Source: an uncultured delta proteobacterium
GTDB lineage: Bacteria > Desulfobacterota > Desulfuromonadia > Geobacterales > DSM-12255
Length of the DNA stretch: 48,332 nucleotides
Direction of reading: 5' to 3'
Assembly: GCA_963787125.1 (NCBI GenBank)
Contig: CAWBBV010000003.1
Span: 1 to 48,332, forward strand
Part shown: positions 8,669 to 18,152 of the stretch, piece by piece
Numbering within the stretch: the first letter of the stretch is position 1
Layout: each line of letters begins with the position of its first letter
Made by a program: the position numbers and the translations under genes
Notes under the pieces: generated by a model
What the model saw: the letters and a program-made list of their open reading frames with translations, nothing else
Told to the model about the DNA's origin: nothing
Databases searched by the model: none

Positions 8669-8915
8669 GGAAATAACCTCTGATAGACTTATGGATATAT
8701 TTAGCTGCTTATCAGGGAGTTGGATAAACAGTTTTGTCATATTACAGATAATCAGCATACATGCAAAGTTGATTTTAATTTGTTCAAAAAACCGATGTGA
8801 TATTATTACTTATTTGTTGTAAATTATTCAAATGCAGTTATAAATATTGATTCTGATTGTTCGCATTTTTGATAAATGTCCCGGGCCGACAACGTATACG
8901 GAGGGATTAAACGCC

Positions 8916-9650
8916 ATGGCACAAAAACAGTTGCAGCGGGAAATACCTGACGGTTTTGAAGGGTCTGTTGCCGGTCTAACCCTGCAAGATGTCATTCAGA
9001 TGAATGCACTCAACCGCTTTTCCGGCTGCATTACCGTCCAGTTCGGTCAGTATTCAGGTGCCATCTTTTTTCGGGACGGTGAAATAATTCATGCCGACCA
9101 GGGTGGCGCAGTCGGCGAAACTGCTTTTTATGAGATCCTCCAGTGGCCGGGAGGGAAGTTCAATCTTCAACCCAAGGTAACTACCACCAGTATCACCATT
9201 CGGGAGAGTTGGAAATTTCTGCTAATGGAGTCTTGCCGGCTGCAGGATGAAAGCCGCAACGGAGCGCGACAGGTTCAGCAGACCATAGAGAAAAAACCGG
9301 ACAAGGCAACAGAGGGGAGCAGAACAGGTTCGCATATTTCAAAAACGCTTGCACAGATCCCGGGAGTAACCAAAGCCGTGCTTCTGAGCAAGGATGGCAT
9401 TCCGGTGGACGATAGCAGCTACGAAGCAGAGATACTTGCTGCCCAGGCGTTGTACCTGGCGACGCTCGGCAACCATTTGGGGAGCTTTTTTGGCGCCGGA
9501 AACCTGAAAGGAGCGGCTGTTGAGGGATCTGAGAGTCATTTGCTCCTTTTTGAGGCTACAAATCACTTTCTGAGCGTTGCCGTTAAAGGAGAAAGCCAAC
9601 TTGGCTCTGTGGAAGCCGAAATACGCAAGGTTTTGAGTCCCAAAAAATAA
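8916..9650 (+). CDS. DUF4388 (PATAN-like) domain plus C-terminal roadblock/LC7-like domain protein
   Basis: GFEGSVAGLTLQDVIQMN...GAIFFRDGEIIHA...AFYEILQWPGGKF, then LAQIPGVTKAVLLSKDG. ATG 8916 after GAGGG. Confidence 0.85.
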   Translation: MAQKQLQREIPDGFEGSVAGLTLQDVIQMNALNRFSGCITVQFGQYSGAIFFRDGEIIHADQGGAVGETAFYEILQWPGGKFNLQPKVTTTSITIRESWKFLLMESCRLQDESRNGARQVQQTIEKKPDKATEGSRTGSHISKTLAQIPGVTKAVLLSKDGIPVDDSSYEAEILAAQALYLATLGNHLGSFFGAGNLKGAAVEGSESHLLLFEATNHFLSVAVKGESQLGSVEAEIRKVLSPKK

Positions 9651-9681
9651 GTTGGCAGAAAAACTTTATTGCGGAGGATGC

Positions 9682-10530
9682 ATGCGCCAGTTCACTACTG
9701 AGCCGGTAATAATAGACGAAAAAGCAATTGCCGAAGTCTGGCAGGAGATCAATGAATTAACAGGACTGACCTCATTTAAGGAGTGGCTCGTTACAGCTGA
9801 GCGGAGCATACGCTACAATCTGGCTTCTGCAACGGGACAAGGCGATGTGGCCGACCAGACCCTGTTCCCCTCAAGAGTCGTATTCTCCGGCCCTCCTGGC
9901 TGTGGCAAAACTACAGCCGCCGGTCTCGCCGCCAAGATGTTTCATGCTCTTGGAGTAATAGGTGGCAATGTTGTCGGACCGGTTTCGGTCAGTGAGCTGA
10001 AGTTGTTGTACTTAAGCCACTCCAGCGAAAATATCAGAAAAGTCCTGGAAACAGCGAAGAATGGGACCTTAATAATCGAAGAATCTCCGATCTTTGACGA
10101 CAATGATCATGTGCGCATAGAAGCACTGCATTCTTTCCTGCATGAGCTAAAAGCTGAAGAATACGCAGGGACATTCATCGTTTTCAGCGAATTAAACGAG
10201 CAAATTGACGCCTTCAGGGAAGAACATCCGGCCTGTGGGATTCTCCTCGGAAGGGTTGAATTTTACAGTTTCACCCCGGTTGAATGTTCGACAATGTTTG
10301 AGCGTTTCCTGGCCAAAAAAGGGTGGATCATCAGCGAGGAGGTTTTTCAGCATGTACAGGAACTGGCCCACTATGAGCAATTAAAGAAAGGTGAGCTCTT
10401 TGCAAATGCCTTCTGGGTACAGCGTCTGGCGAGATCTGTCATCGAAGGCGCGCAGCAGCGAAGTTCGTTGGAAGGGACACCACAAAACATCATCACCATT
10501 AAAGATCTGGAAAAGTGCACGACCATTTGA
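9682..10530 (+). CDS. CbbX/SpoVK-like AAA+ protein with degenerate catalytic motifs
   Basis: Walker A GPPGCGKT with CbbX-like context (LTGLTSFKE, AKMFHALGVI). Start ATG 9682 (GGAGG upstream) or TTG 9652. Confidence 0.8.
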   Translation: MRQFTTEPVIIDEKAIAEVWQEINELTGLTSFKEWLVTAERSIRYNLASATGQGDVADQTLFPSRVVFSGPPGCGKTTAAGLAAKMFHALGVIGGNVVGPVSVSELKLLYLSHSSENIRKVLETAKNGTLIIEESPIFDDNDHVRIEALHSFLHELKAEEYAGTFIVFSELNEQIDAFREEHPACGILLGRVEFYSFTPVECSTMFERFLAKKGWIISEEVFQHVQELAHYEQLKKGELFANAFWVQRLARSVIEGAQQRSSLEGTPQNIITIKDLEKCTTI

Positions 10531-10534
10531 AAGA

Positions 10535-11818
10535 TCACAACTCGCCTGACGCTCTTTTCACCCTGGCTTTTGCGACCTGATAATCGAACAGAGCCTGGTA
10601 ATGCTCGCTCTTTGTCTGACTCAAAAGAGTCTGGGCATCGATAACCTCGGTGGCAGTGCCCACCTGTGCTTTGTAGCGGTCGTTATTGATCCGCAGATTC
10701 TCTTCACTCTGCCGAATAGCCGTCCTGGTCACTTCGATCCTCTCGGCAGCAACGGACACATCGTTACTGGCACTGTTGAATTCAAGCAGAAAGCCCTCCT
10801 CCAGCCCTCTGAGACGTTCCTTCTCCTTCTCCAACAACTTCACTGCCTGCCGCTGGCGTGATGTTGTCGCCATACCGTCGAACAGATTCACTTTTAAGCC
10901 GATTGTCGCCCCTGCCATTGTCTGCTCGACAACCTTGTTGTTCTGAAGATAATCGATACCGACCTTCAGGAAAAGTTCCGGATAAAACTCCTCCCGACTT
11001 TCCTCTACCAAGGACTCGGTAGATTTTATCATCGACTTTTGCGCCGCAATTTCATCCCGTTTTCCCAGCAGATTACGCTCAAGTTTATCGGCTGTTTTTT
11101 CAATGCCGGTCTCTTCCGCAAGTGTAGCTCGATACTCGGGAGGTTTTCCAGACAGATAGTTCAAGAACAACCAGCTGTTTGTCAGCCGACTGTTTTCAAC
11201 CAGCAGTCTTTGCCTGCTGCCGGCAAGCTTGACCTCCGCCTGAAGAAGATCGTTACGTGTGGTTACCCCCTCTTCGTAAAGAATGGTGGCGTTCTTTTGA
11301 TGCTGTTCCCTCTGGACGACTTCATCACTGGCCGCCTCTACAAGCTTCATGGCCTGGAGGATGCCGAAATATCCCTTGATAACCTGCAAAGACACATCCT
11401 GCCTGACTGAACCGAGCCCGGAAGCAACTGCGCTCCCTTGCAAGGTTGCCTGCTCCTTGCGTCTGTCGCGGCGGCCAAAATCATAAAGAGTTTGATAAAC
11501 CGAGGCGGATACATACGGAAAACTAGCCTGCTGAGTTTCGAATGAGCCGCCGGGAGTTATGATAGCTTGTGGATCAAGTAAAGAGGTGAAGCCGGCCTGG
11601 AGGTCGACTCTTGGGAGGTAACCACTGTCGGCAAGATTGATATTTTCAGTCTGGATACCACTATCATGACGTGCAAGACGCAAGGCTGGATTGCCGGCCA
11701 TGGCTTGCTCAAGACACTCCTTGAGAGTAAGCGGCGATGCCTGGGCAAATACAGATGTGGCACTGATCATGCTCAAAACAAGAACTGTTGAAAGAAAGCA
11801 GGACTTTGCAGGCAACAT
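10535..11818 (-). CDS. TolC-family outer membrane efflux protein
   Basis: Signal peptide, LTLKECLEQAMAGNP, RYKAQVGTATEVIDAQ; ATG 11818 with AGGAG. Confidence 0.92.
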   Translation of the reverse strand: MLPAKSCFLSTVLVLSMISATSVFAQASPLTLKECLEQAMAGNPALRLARHDSGIQTENINLADSGYLPRVDLQAGFTSLLDPQAIITPGGSFETQQASFPYVSASVYQTLYDFGRRDRRKEQATLQGSAVASGLGSVRQDVSLQVIKGYFGILQAMKLVEAASDEVVQREQHQKNATILYEEGVTTRNDLLQAEVKLAGSRQRLLVENSRLTNSWLFLNYLSGKPPEYRATLAEETGIEKTADKLERNLLGKRDEIAAQKSMIKSTESLVEESREEFYPELFLKVGIDYLQNNKVVEQTMAGATIGLKVNLFDGMATTSRQRQAVKLLEKEKERLRGLEEGFLLEFNSASNDVSVAAERIEVTRTAIRQSEENLRINNDRYKAQVGTATEVIDAQTLLSQTKSEHYQALFDYQVAKARVKRASGEL

Positions 11819-11831
11819 GGCTGCTCCTAAT

Positions 11832-12245
11832 TTAGTATCTGAGCTTTTGGAGAATGGCAATTAATGCTTCAATCTCACTTGGGGTGAGCGGCGCAAGTAT
11901 CAGCTTGTGAAGCTCATCTGCAAGCGGGGTGAGCTCCGCTTCCAGATCTTTCCCGGCAGCTGTGAGTGATATTTTGTACGCCCTTCTGTCTTCAGGATGC
12001 GGCAACCGTTCAAGCAGTCCGGACTGTGCAAGCCGGTCAATCAGCCCGCCGATTGTGGTACGGTCTATCTGGCTGCGTATGGATAGCTCGACCTGGGTTA
12101 TGCCATCCTCCTCCCATAAAAAGCGGAGAAGTCCGAACTGCTGGGGAGTCAGACCATAATTATCGAATTTTTCCTTATAGAGAGCGCACGCTCGCTGATA
12201 AGCCTTTGCCATGAGAAAGCCGACACTATTTTGAATTGCGGTCAT
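11832..12245 (-). CDS. MarR-family regulator
   Basis: GLTPQQFGLL...IDRTTIGGLIDRL...DRRAYKISLT. Confidence 0.95.
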   Translation of the reverse strand: MTAIQNSVGFLMAKAYQRACALYKEKFDNYGLTPQQFGLLRFLWEEDGITQVELSIRSQIDRTTIGGLIDRLAQSGLLERLPHPEDRRAYKISLTAAGKDLEAELTPLADELHKLILAPLTPSEIEALIAILQKLRY

Positions 12246-12281
12246 GCAGAACCTCTATTGATAAAACGTAGGTGATAAATG

Positions 12282-12310
12282 ATTATACAGATTGTCAGTA
12301 TACTGTCAAT
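12282..12310 (-). promoter_or_regulatory. sigma70 promoter of marR overlapped by a probable MarR operator
   Basis: Minus strand TTGACA-16 nt-TATAAT; near-palindrome ATTGTCAGTATACTGTCAAT at 12291-12310. Confidence 0.8.
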
Positions 12311-12421
12311 TTAATCACAAAAACTTGCCTCGGTCTTTTGCATTTATTTATTAGCCCTGTATACTCAAACAAGATTAGTTTTATAATCGACTTCAAGAAC
12401 TGAGCAGCACGAACGGCAGAG

Positions 12422-14116
12422 GTGAAAGTGAACTCCAGTCAAGATATTATCGATGCAATAAAATCAGGAGATCGCATCAAAGCCGCCAAGCTTATCAAGG
12501 AACTGGTTGAAATCCACGGCTATGACCTGCTCATTGAAACTTTTGTCGAATCCACCCTTTTGAATCTTGAACAGACAAAAGCTGCTGAAAGCGAACACAG
12601 CCGACTGATCTCTGCTATCGAACAGTCTGCCGATGTTATTGTCATCACAGACAGTATTGGTAATATCCAGTACGCGAACCCTGCTTTTACTGCGGCAACC
12701 GGCTACACTGTTGCTGAGGCTATCGGCAATAATCCTCGCATCCTGAAAAGCGGCATGCAGGATGAAACCTTTTACAAGGGGCTCTGGGAGACGGTCACCG
12801 CCGGAAGGTCATGGTCAGGGCGGTTTGTAAACAAGAAAAAGGACGGAACTTTTTATATTGAAGATGCAACCATCACACCGGTCAAGGGAGAGAGTGGTGT
12901 GATTGAAAGTTTTGTTGCTGTCAAGCGTGACATCTCGGAACATCTGAAACTTCATGAGGAGAGAGAGATACTTGAAGCAAAGCTGGTACAGGCGCAGAAA
13001 ATGGATGCGATCGGCAGACTGGCAGGCGGCATCGCCCACGACTTCAACAACATGCTTAATGTCATTCTTGGCTACACCGAACTATCACTTGATGAACTGA
13101 GCGGTGACAGCTGGCTGAGAAACAACCTGATTCAGATTCAAAATGCCGGCAAACGCTCGGCAGACCTGACAAGGCAGCTTCTTGCCTTTTCAAGAAAACA
13201 GACAATTGAGCCGATAGTGCTTGATATAAACCGATTGATCGACGAACACCTGAAGATGCTTTCAAGAATGATCGGCGAGGAGATAGCAATCAGTTTTTTC
13301 CCCGAAAGCAAGCTCTGGAAGATCCGGATAGACACGTCCCAAATCGACCAGATTCTGGCAAATCTGGCGATAAACGCCAGGGATGCAATCAACGGCATCG
13401 GCAATATTAAAATAGAAACTGAAAATTTTGTCCTCGATGCCGAAGAGTCAATGACCCTGGATTTGATCCCGGGCGACTATGTCACCATTACCTTTACGGA
13501 CAGCGGCTGCGGTATGGAACAAAGTGTAGCGGCGCATATTTTCGAGCCTTTCTTTACAACAAAGGAAGGGGGCAAAGGTACAGGTCTTGGCCTGGCAACT
13601 GTCTACGGAATAGTCAAACAGAATGAAGGGGCTATCGAGGTTGAGAGCCAACCGGGGAAGGGGAGCGCATTTACGATCTATCTCCCTGCCGTCCATGAAA
13701 ATATCGAAATGGAGGTTGTGGAAGCTTTAGCAACGCCGCAATCTGCACCGTGTGAAACCATCCTGATAGTTGAGGACGAGCAGCAGATTCTGGAGTTTAC
13801 AAAAATAATTCTGGAAGATTCAGGCTACTCAGTAATGACGGCCGCACTACCGCAGGAGGCAATACAGATCTGCAGAGATTATCGCGGAACGATTGATCTG
13901 CTCCTTACAGATGTCGTTATGCCGGGAATGAACGGTAAAGAGCTGCAAAACGGGATACTGGCTATGCGGCCTCATATCCGGGTGCTTTTCATGTCGGGAT
14001 ATACATCGGATATCATTGCCTGCCGAGGTATTCTTGAAGAAGGGACTGACTTCATCCACAAACCGTTTAAGGTCAAGAGTCTCCTCCAAAAAATTAGAAA
14101 AGTACTTAACGAATAG
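12422..14116 (+). CDS. Cytoplasmic PAS-domain hybrid histidine kinase/receiver
   Basis: PAS (YANPAF...NPRILKSG), H-box [15 protein letters not shown]...GTGLGL, receiver LLLTDVVMP. Confidence 0.95.
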   Translation: MKVNSSQDIIDAIKSGDRIKAAKLIKELVEIHGYDLLIETFVESTLLNLEQTKAAESEHSRLISAIEQSADVIVITDSIGNIQYANPAFTAATGYTVAEAIGNNPRILKSGMQDETFYKGLWETVTAGRSWSGRFVNKKKDGTFYIEDATITPVKGESGVIESFVAVKRDISEHLKLHEEREILEAKLVQAQKMDAIGRLAGGIAHDFNNMLNVILGYTELSLDELSGDSWLRNNLIQIQNAGKRSADLTRQLLAFSRKQTIEPIVLDINRLIDEHLKMLSRMIGEEIAISFFPESKLWKIRIDTSQIDQILANLAINARDAINGIGNIKIETENFVLDAEESMTLDLIPGDYVTITFTDSGCGMEQSVAAHIFEPFFTTKEGGKGTGLGLATVYGIVKQNEGAIEVESQPGKGSAFTIYLPAVHENIEMEVVEALATPQSAPCETILIVEDEQQILEFTKIILEDSGYSVMTAALPQEAIQICRDYRGTIDLLLTDVVMPGMNGKELQNGILAMRPHIRVLFMSGYTSDIIACRGILEEGTDFIHKPFKVKSLLQKIRKVLNE

Positions 14117-16210
14117 CTACTTCATCCCGTAGAGCCGCTTGTAAAGGGCTGCCGTAGCCAGCACTTTTTTCACATAATCCCTTGTCTCTGCGAACGGAAT
14201 GCTTTCGATAAACTCATCGCCTTTCAAATTAGAGTAGATTTTCAGCCAGCGATTGACGTTATGTGCTCCGGCGTTGTATGAGGCTATGACAGCTGTCTGA
14301 TTGCCACCATATTTATCGATAAGCTCACGCAGATGTTTCGTCCCCAGGCGGATATTAAGCTCCGGATCATACAATCTTTCCGGATCGATCTTCTTTTCGT
14401 GCAACACCATGGCAGCAGTCTGCGGCATCAGCTGCATCAGGCCTCTGGCGCCAACCGGTGAAAGTGCCGAAGCGGTAAAAGCACTTTCAGCGCGCATAAC
14501 GGCATAAGCAAGACTTGGGTCAATGCCGGCTTTGTCGGCATATTTGAAAACCAACTCACCGTACGCCCTTGGGTAGAGCATTGCCCAGGCACTTCTGCTT
14601 TCGGGGGACCGCTTCAGCATCGACGCATTATAAAGACTCATAGCGCTGTTATAGTTGCCGATCTCCAGATAAAGCCTTGCCAGAGCGGCATCACTCTTCC
14701 CTTTTACAAACTTTTTCCGCGCGGCAGCAAGCTCTGTGGCAGCATCATCAAGCAATCCCATAGTTATCAAGGCCTTGACACGCTCATAACCTTCGGGCAG
14801 CGGCAAAACCTCTGCCGGCTCACCGACAAGAGCTGGAACAGTTTCATCAAGCTGCTCCTGCCCCACCTTTGTAAGAGAGAGCGCATAAAACCCGAATGGA
14901 AACTCTTTACGCAGCAACTGATAGCTACCTTCCGCCGTAACATTATCACCGCTTGCCGCAGTTGCCCGGCCATACCAGAAAAGCGCCCGCTCCCGGTACT
15001 CCTCCGTTGAAAACAGCGTCTTGAACTGCTGTGCAGCTGCAAGCGGGTTACCGGCAAGATAGTTGGCCCAGCCACTTTCCCAGACAATCCGCTGTTTAAG
15101 CTTGGTTTTTGGGTACAGTTCCAAAAGTTTACCCAAAAGTTCAGCAGTATCTTTAGGCCGATACTGGAACTTCCTGATAAAAGCAGCATCAAAAAGGGCA
15201 TCATCAGCTTCAGCACTCTCAGGGAAGGAGGCCGCTACAAGATTGTATGCCGCAAAAGCCTCTTCGTCCCTGCCGCTCTTATCAACGGCTCGTGCCTGCA
15301 GATAAGCAGCTTCTGACCTGATCTCAATTTTTGAATCAGCCAGTGAAAGTTCTTTCAGTCTGCTTTCCGCATCCTGATAACGTTTTGCCTTGAGAAGCGC
15401 CTGGCCGATCTTCAGAGCAACCCGGTCAGCGAATTCTTTCTTTTCCGCTTTGGTGTCGATTGAACGGAGGGTTGTCAGCGCCAGCTCGTAGCGGCGCTGG
15501 TCATAGAGTGCTGAGGCACGTTTCAAAAGTTCCTGGGAAGTGTAAGGCACGATGGCAACGCCGCCAACTGCAAGCCGCTGTATATCCTCCTCGGCCTTTG
15601 CCGCCTGTGTCGAGCCCGGAGATTTCAGCCAGAGTGAGCGCAGAATTGCAGCAGCCCCTGCCCCCTCACCTCTTCTCTCCCGGCAGATTGCCAGGCGGTA
15701 TGACGCCTGGAGCGCATCACTGCCGGCTGCATATTTCTCGATGAATTTCTGATAAACCGACTCAGCAGGTACGTATTCGCCGCGCTCAAAGAGAATCTCC
15801 CCTTCCAGAAAAAGGCTTCTTCTTACCAAGGGCGAATCAGCAAAACTTTTTTGGAGAGTTCTCAGCAGAACAACTGCTTCGGCGCCGCGCCCGGCCCTTC
15901 TGTTTGCTTCAGCTTGATAATAAAGGGCATAATCTGCCAAAAGTGGATAGCTCTTTACCGCTTTACCGAGTAGCTCGATAGCCTTGGCGTTGTCCCCGGA
16001 TTTAAATGCAAGGGCCCCTAAAAACAGGTCACGTTGGCCGCTTGCAGGCAGTTCTGCCGCAAGGATAGCAGCAGAGGAGTAGTTTCTGAGCTTCATCTGC
16101 AGAGCTGCCGGGGTGAAAGCTGTGTCGGATTTCCTGGGTGCATCGACAGCTGCTGCATGAAGGGGAAGAATTAAAAGAAGAAGTACAGCGGGAGTAAAAC
16201 GGCAAAGCAT
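14117..16210 (-). CDS. slt: Soluble lytic transglycosylase with TPR repeats
   Basis: Signal peptide, TPR-like repeats, AVMRAES, GARGLMQLMP, ASYNAG, IPFAETRDYVKKV. Confidence 0.93.
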   Translation of the reverse strand: MLCRFTPAVLLLLILPLHAAAVDAPRKSDTAFTPAALQMKLRNYSSAAILAAELPASGQRDLFLGALAFKSGDNAKAIELLGKAVKSYPLLADYALYYQAEANRRAGRGAEAVVLLRTLQKSFADSPLVRRSLFLEGEILFERGEYVPAESVYQKFIEKYAAGSDALQASYRLAICRERRGEGAGAAAILRSLWLKSPGSTQAAKAEEDIQRLAVGGVAIVPYTSQELLKRASALYDQRRYELALTTLRSIDTKAEKKEFADRVALKIGQALLKAKRYQDAESRLKELSLADSKIEIRSEAAYLQARAVDKSGRDEEAFAAYNLVAASFPESAEADDALFDAAFIRKFQYRPKDTAELLGKLLELYPKTKLKQRIVWESGWANYLAGNPLAAAQQFKTLFSTEEYRERALFWYGRATAASGDNVTAEGSYQLLRKEFPFGFYALSLTKVGQEQLDETVPALVGEPAEVLPLPEGYERVKALITMGLLDDAATELAAARKKFVKGKSDAALARLYLEIGNYNSAMSLYNASMLKRSPESRSAWAMLYPRAYGELVFKYADKAGIDPSLAYAVMRAESAFTASALSPVGARGLMQLMPQTAAMVLHEKKIDPERLYDPELNIRLGTKHLRELIDKYGGNQTAVIASYNAGAHNVNRWLKIYSNLKGDEFIESIPFAETRDYVKKVLATAALYKRLYGMK

Positions 16211-16226
16211 TCAAACCTCTTTTGTA

Positions 16227-17240
16227 TCAATATTTAAGAATTTTTCTGTAAAGATCCAGATAACTTGCTGCCTCCATATCAGCGGAGCACTGTTCCTGCA
16301 CATATAACCTGCCGAAATCTCCGAGCCTTTCACGTAACGCTCGATCAAGCAGCAGTCTCTCAGCTCTCTCCAGAAAGTCCTCGCCGGACATAAAGAGCAG
16401 ACCATTGATGTTATTGGCGACCAGCGAGCGGTTCCCTTCAACGTCCGAGGCAAGCACCGGCTTGGCATAGGACATCCCTTCAAGAAGACAGTTTGCCATC
16501 CCCCCTTCTGAAAAAGAGCAGTTAAGGACGACATGGCAAGCCTTGTAGAGGGCAGGCATATCAGCGTAGGGGACTTCTCCTTGCCATGAACAGAAGGGGT
16601 TGGCTGCTACGGCTGCACGAACTTGTTCGCCATAGCTGTAGTCGAGCACAGGTCCGGCAAGGACAAGCCTGATCTGTGGATATTTTTCCCACAATTTAGC
16701 CAGAGGTTTGAAACAGAAAAGAATATTTTTCACCGGCCTTATTCCTGCGGGCAGGAAAAAAATAAACGGGTCTTCCTCTTCGGGCTCGCACAAGGCAATA
16801 TCCGGAAGCTCTACACCCTGAGGTATTATGTGCACACGACTCTTGAACTCGGGAAGAACAGTGATGACTCTTTCACCGATATCGTCATGAAAAGCAACCA
16901 GCGCGGCAGCATTTTCGATATGAGGCTTTTCGGTAGTAGTAAAAACTGCCTCATCGCCACGGTACAGGTCGGTTCCGGTAATAGTTATGATATACGGCAG
17001 GTTCATTTCCAGTGAAACTTCAGCGGCAATAGTGCCGCAGTGGATCGCATGGAAAGAGTGTACCAGCTCAGGAGCGTAGAGTTTAAGGGGATCTATTGGC
17101 GATTCATTCAGAGGGTCATCAAGAGAGAAAACTTTAACATCACAACCTGCTTCCCGAAGATGGCGTTCGATCCGTCGGACAGTTACGGCGTTACCCCTGG
17201 AGGACTCAAAATAGTATGGCGTCAATAGCGCTATTTTCAC
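16227..17240 (-). CDS. GT4 glycosyltransferase (GPMC-system type)
   Basis: RGNAVTVRRI, TGTDLY, GIRPVKN, SEGGMANCLLEGM; GTG start. Confidence 0.85.
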   Translation of the reverse strand: MKIALLTPYYFESSRGNAVTVRRIERHLREAGCDVKVFSLDDPLNESPIDPLKLYAPELVHSFHAIHCGTIAAEVSLEMNLPYIITITGTDLYRGDEAVFTTTEKPHIENAAALVAFHDDIGERVITVLPEFKSRVHIIPQGVELPDIALCEPEEEDPFIFFLPAGIRPVKNILFCFKPLAKLWEKYPQIRLVLAGPVLDYSYGEQVRAAVAANPFCSWQGEVPYADMPALYKACHVVLNCSFSEGGMANCLLEGMSYAKPVLASDVEGNRSLVANNINGLLFMSGEDFLERAERLLLDRALRERLGDFGRLYVQEQCSADMEAASYLDLYRKILKY

Positions 17241-17326
17241 AAATTTACCTCTTGTTTTTGGGGCAGGCAGACTTGCAGGCAGAGTCTACTCATGCTAATG
17301 TAGGCTATTACGTAAAAGGATACCAG

Positions 17327-18082
17327 ATGAAAATTACCATCCTCGGCAGCGGCACATCAACCGGCATCCCGATGGTCGGCTGCAACTGCAAGGTATGCCG
17401 CTCCGAAGATCCCAAGGACAAGCGCACCCGCACCTCTCTTTTAATAGAAAACAATGGATCCTATATTCTGGTTGACACCTCCACCGATCTTCGCAGTCAG
17501 GCGCTCCGTGAAGGTATCCCGAAAATTGATGCCGTACTCTTTACACATGCCCACGCAGACCATATCCACGGAATCGATGACCTGCGTGGATTCCACTTTA
17601 ACCATAAAAAGATCATCACTTGCTATGCCTCAATAGAGACCCTGGCAGATATCAGCACCAAATTTTCCTATATCTTTACCAGCGGATCCCAGTACGGTTA
17701 TCACCAACTGCTCGAAGCTTGTGAAGTTGAAAAGTCTTTTCAACTTTTCGGACTTACTATCACGCCGATCCCTCTGCTGCATGGCGACCTGGCAGCAACC
17801 GGGTTTCGTTTCAACGATTTTGCGTATCTGACAGACTGCAGCGCCATTCCTGACGAGTCAATGAAGCTGCTTGAAAACATTGACACACTTGTCATAGATG
17901 CGCTTCGCCATACTCCGCACCCGCATCACTTCAATATTAAAGGGGCCATAGAGGCTTCCCGGAGAATCGGCGCGAAGAGAACCTTTCTGACCCATTTAAC
18001 CCATGAGGTGTCACACTCCGAAGAGTCTTCCCTGCCTGAAGATTTTTTTTTCGCGTACGATGGGCTGTCGCTGGACCTCTGA
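17327..18082 (+). CDS. PhnP-like MBL-fold metallohydrolase (GPMC-system type)
   Basis: ILGSGTSTGIP, CNCKVC, THAHADHIHGIDDLR; ATG 17327 with AAGGA. Confidence 0.9.
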   Translation: MKITILGSGTSTGIPMVGCNCKVCRSEDPKDKRTRTSLLIENNGSYILVDTSTDLRSQALREGIPKIDAVLFTHAHADHIHGIDDLRGFHFNHKKIITCYASIETLADISTKFSYIFTSGSQYGYHQLLEACEVEKSFQLFGLTITPIPLLHGDLAATGFRFNDFAYLTDCSAIPDESMKLLENIDTLVIDALRHTPHPHHFNIKGAIEASRRIGAKRTFLTHLTHEVSHSEESSLPEDFFFAYDGLSLDL

Positions 18083-18152
18083 CTGTAATAATAGGTTGAT
18101 GATTACTTGAATTTACGGTATTTTTTTGAAAAATTTAAATTGAGAAAATTAA

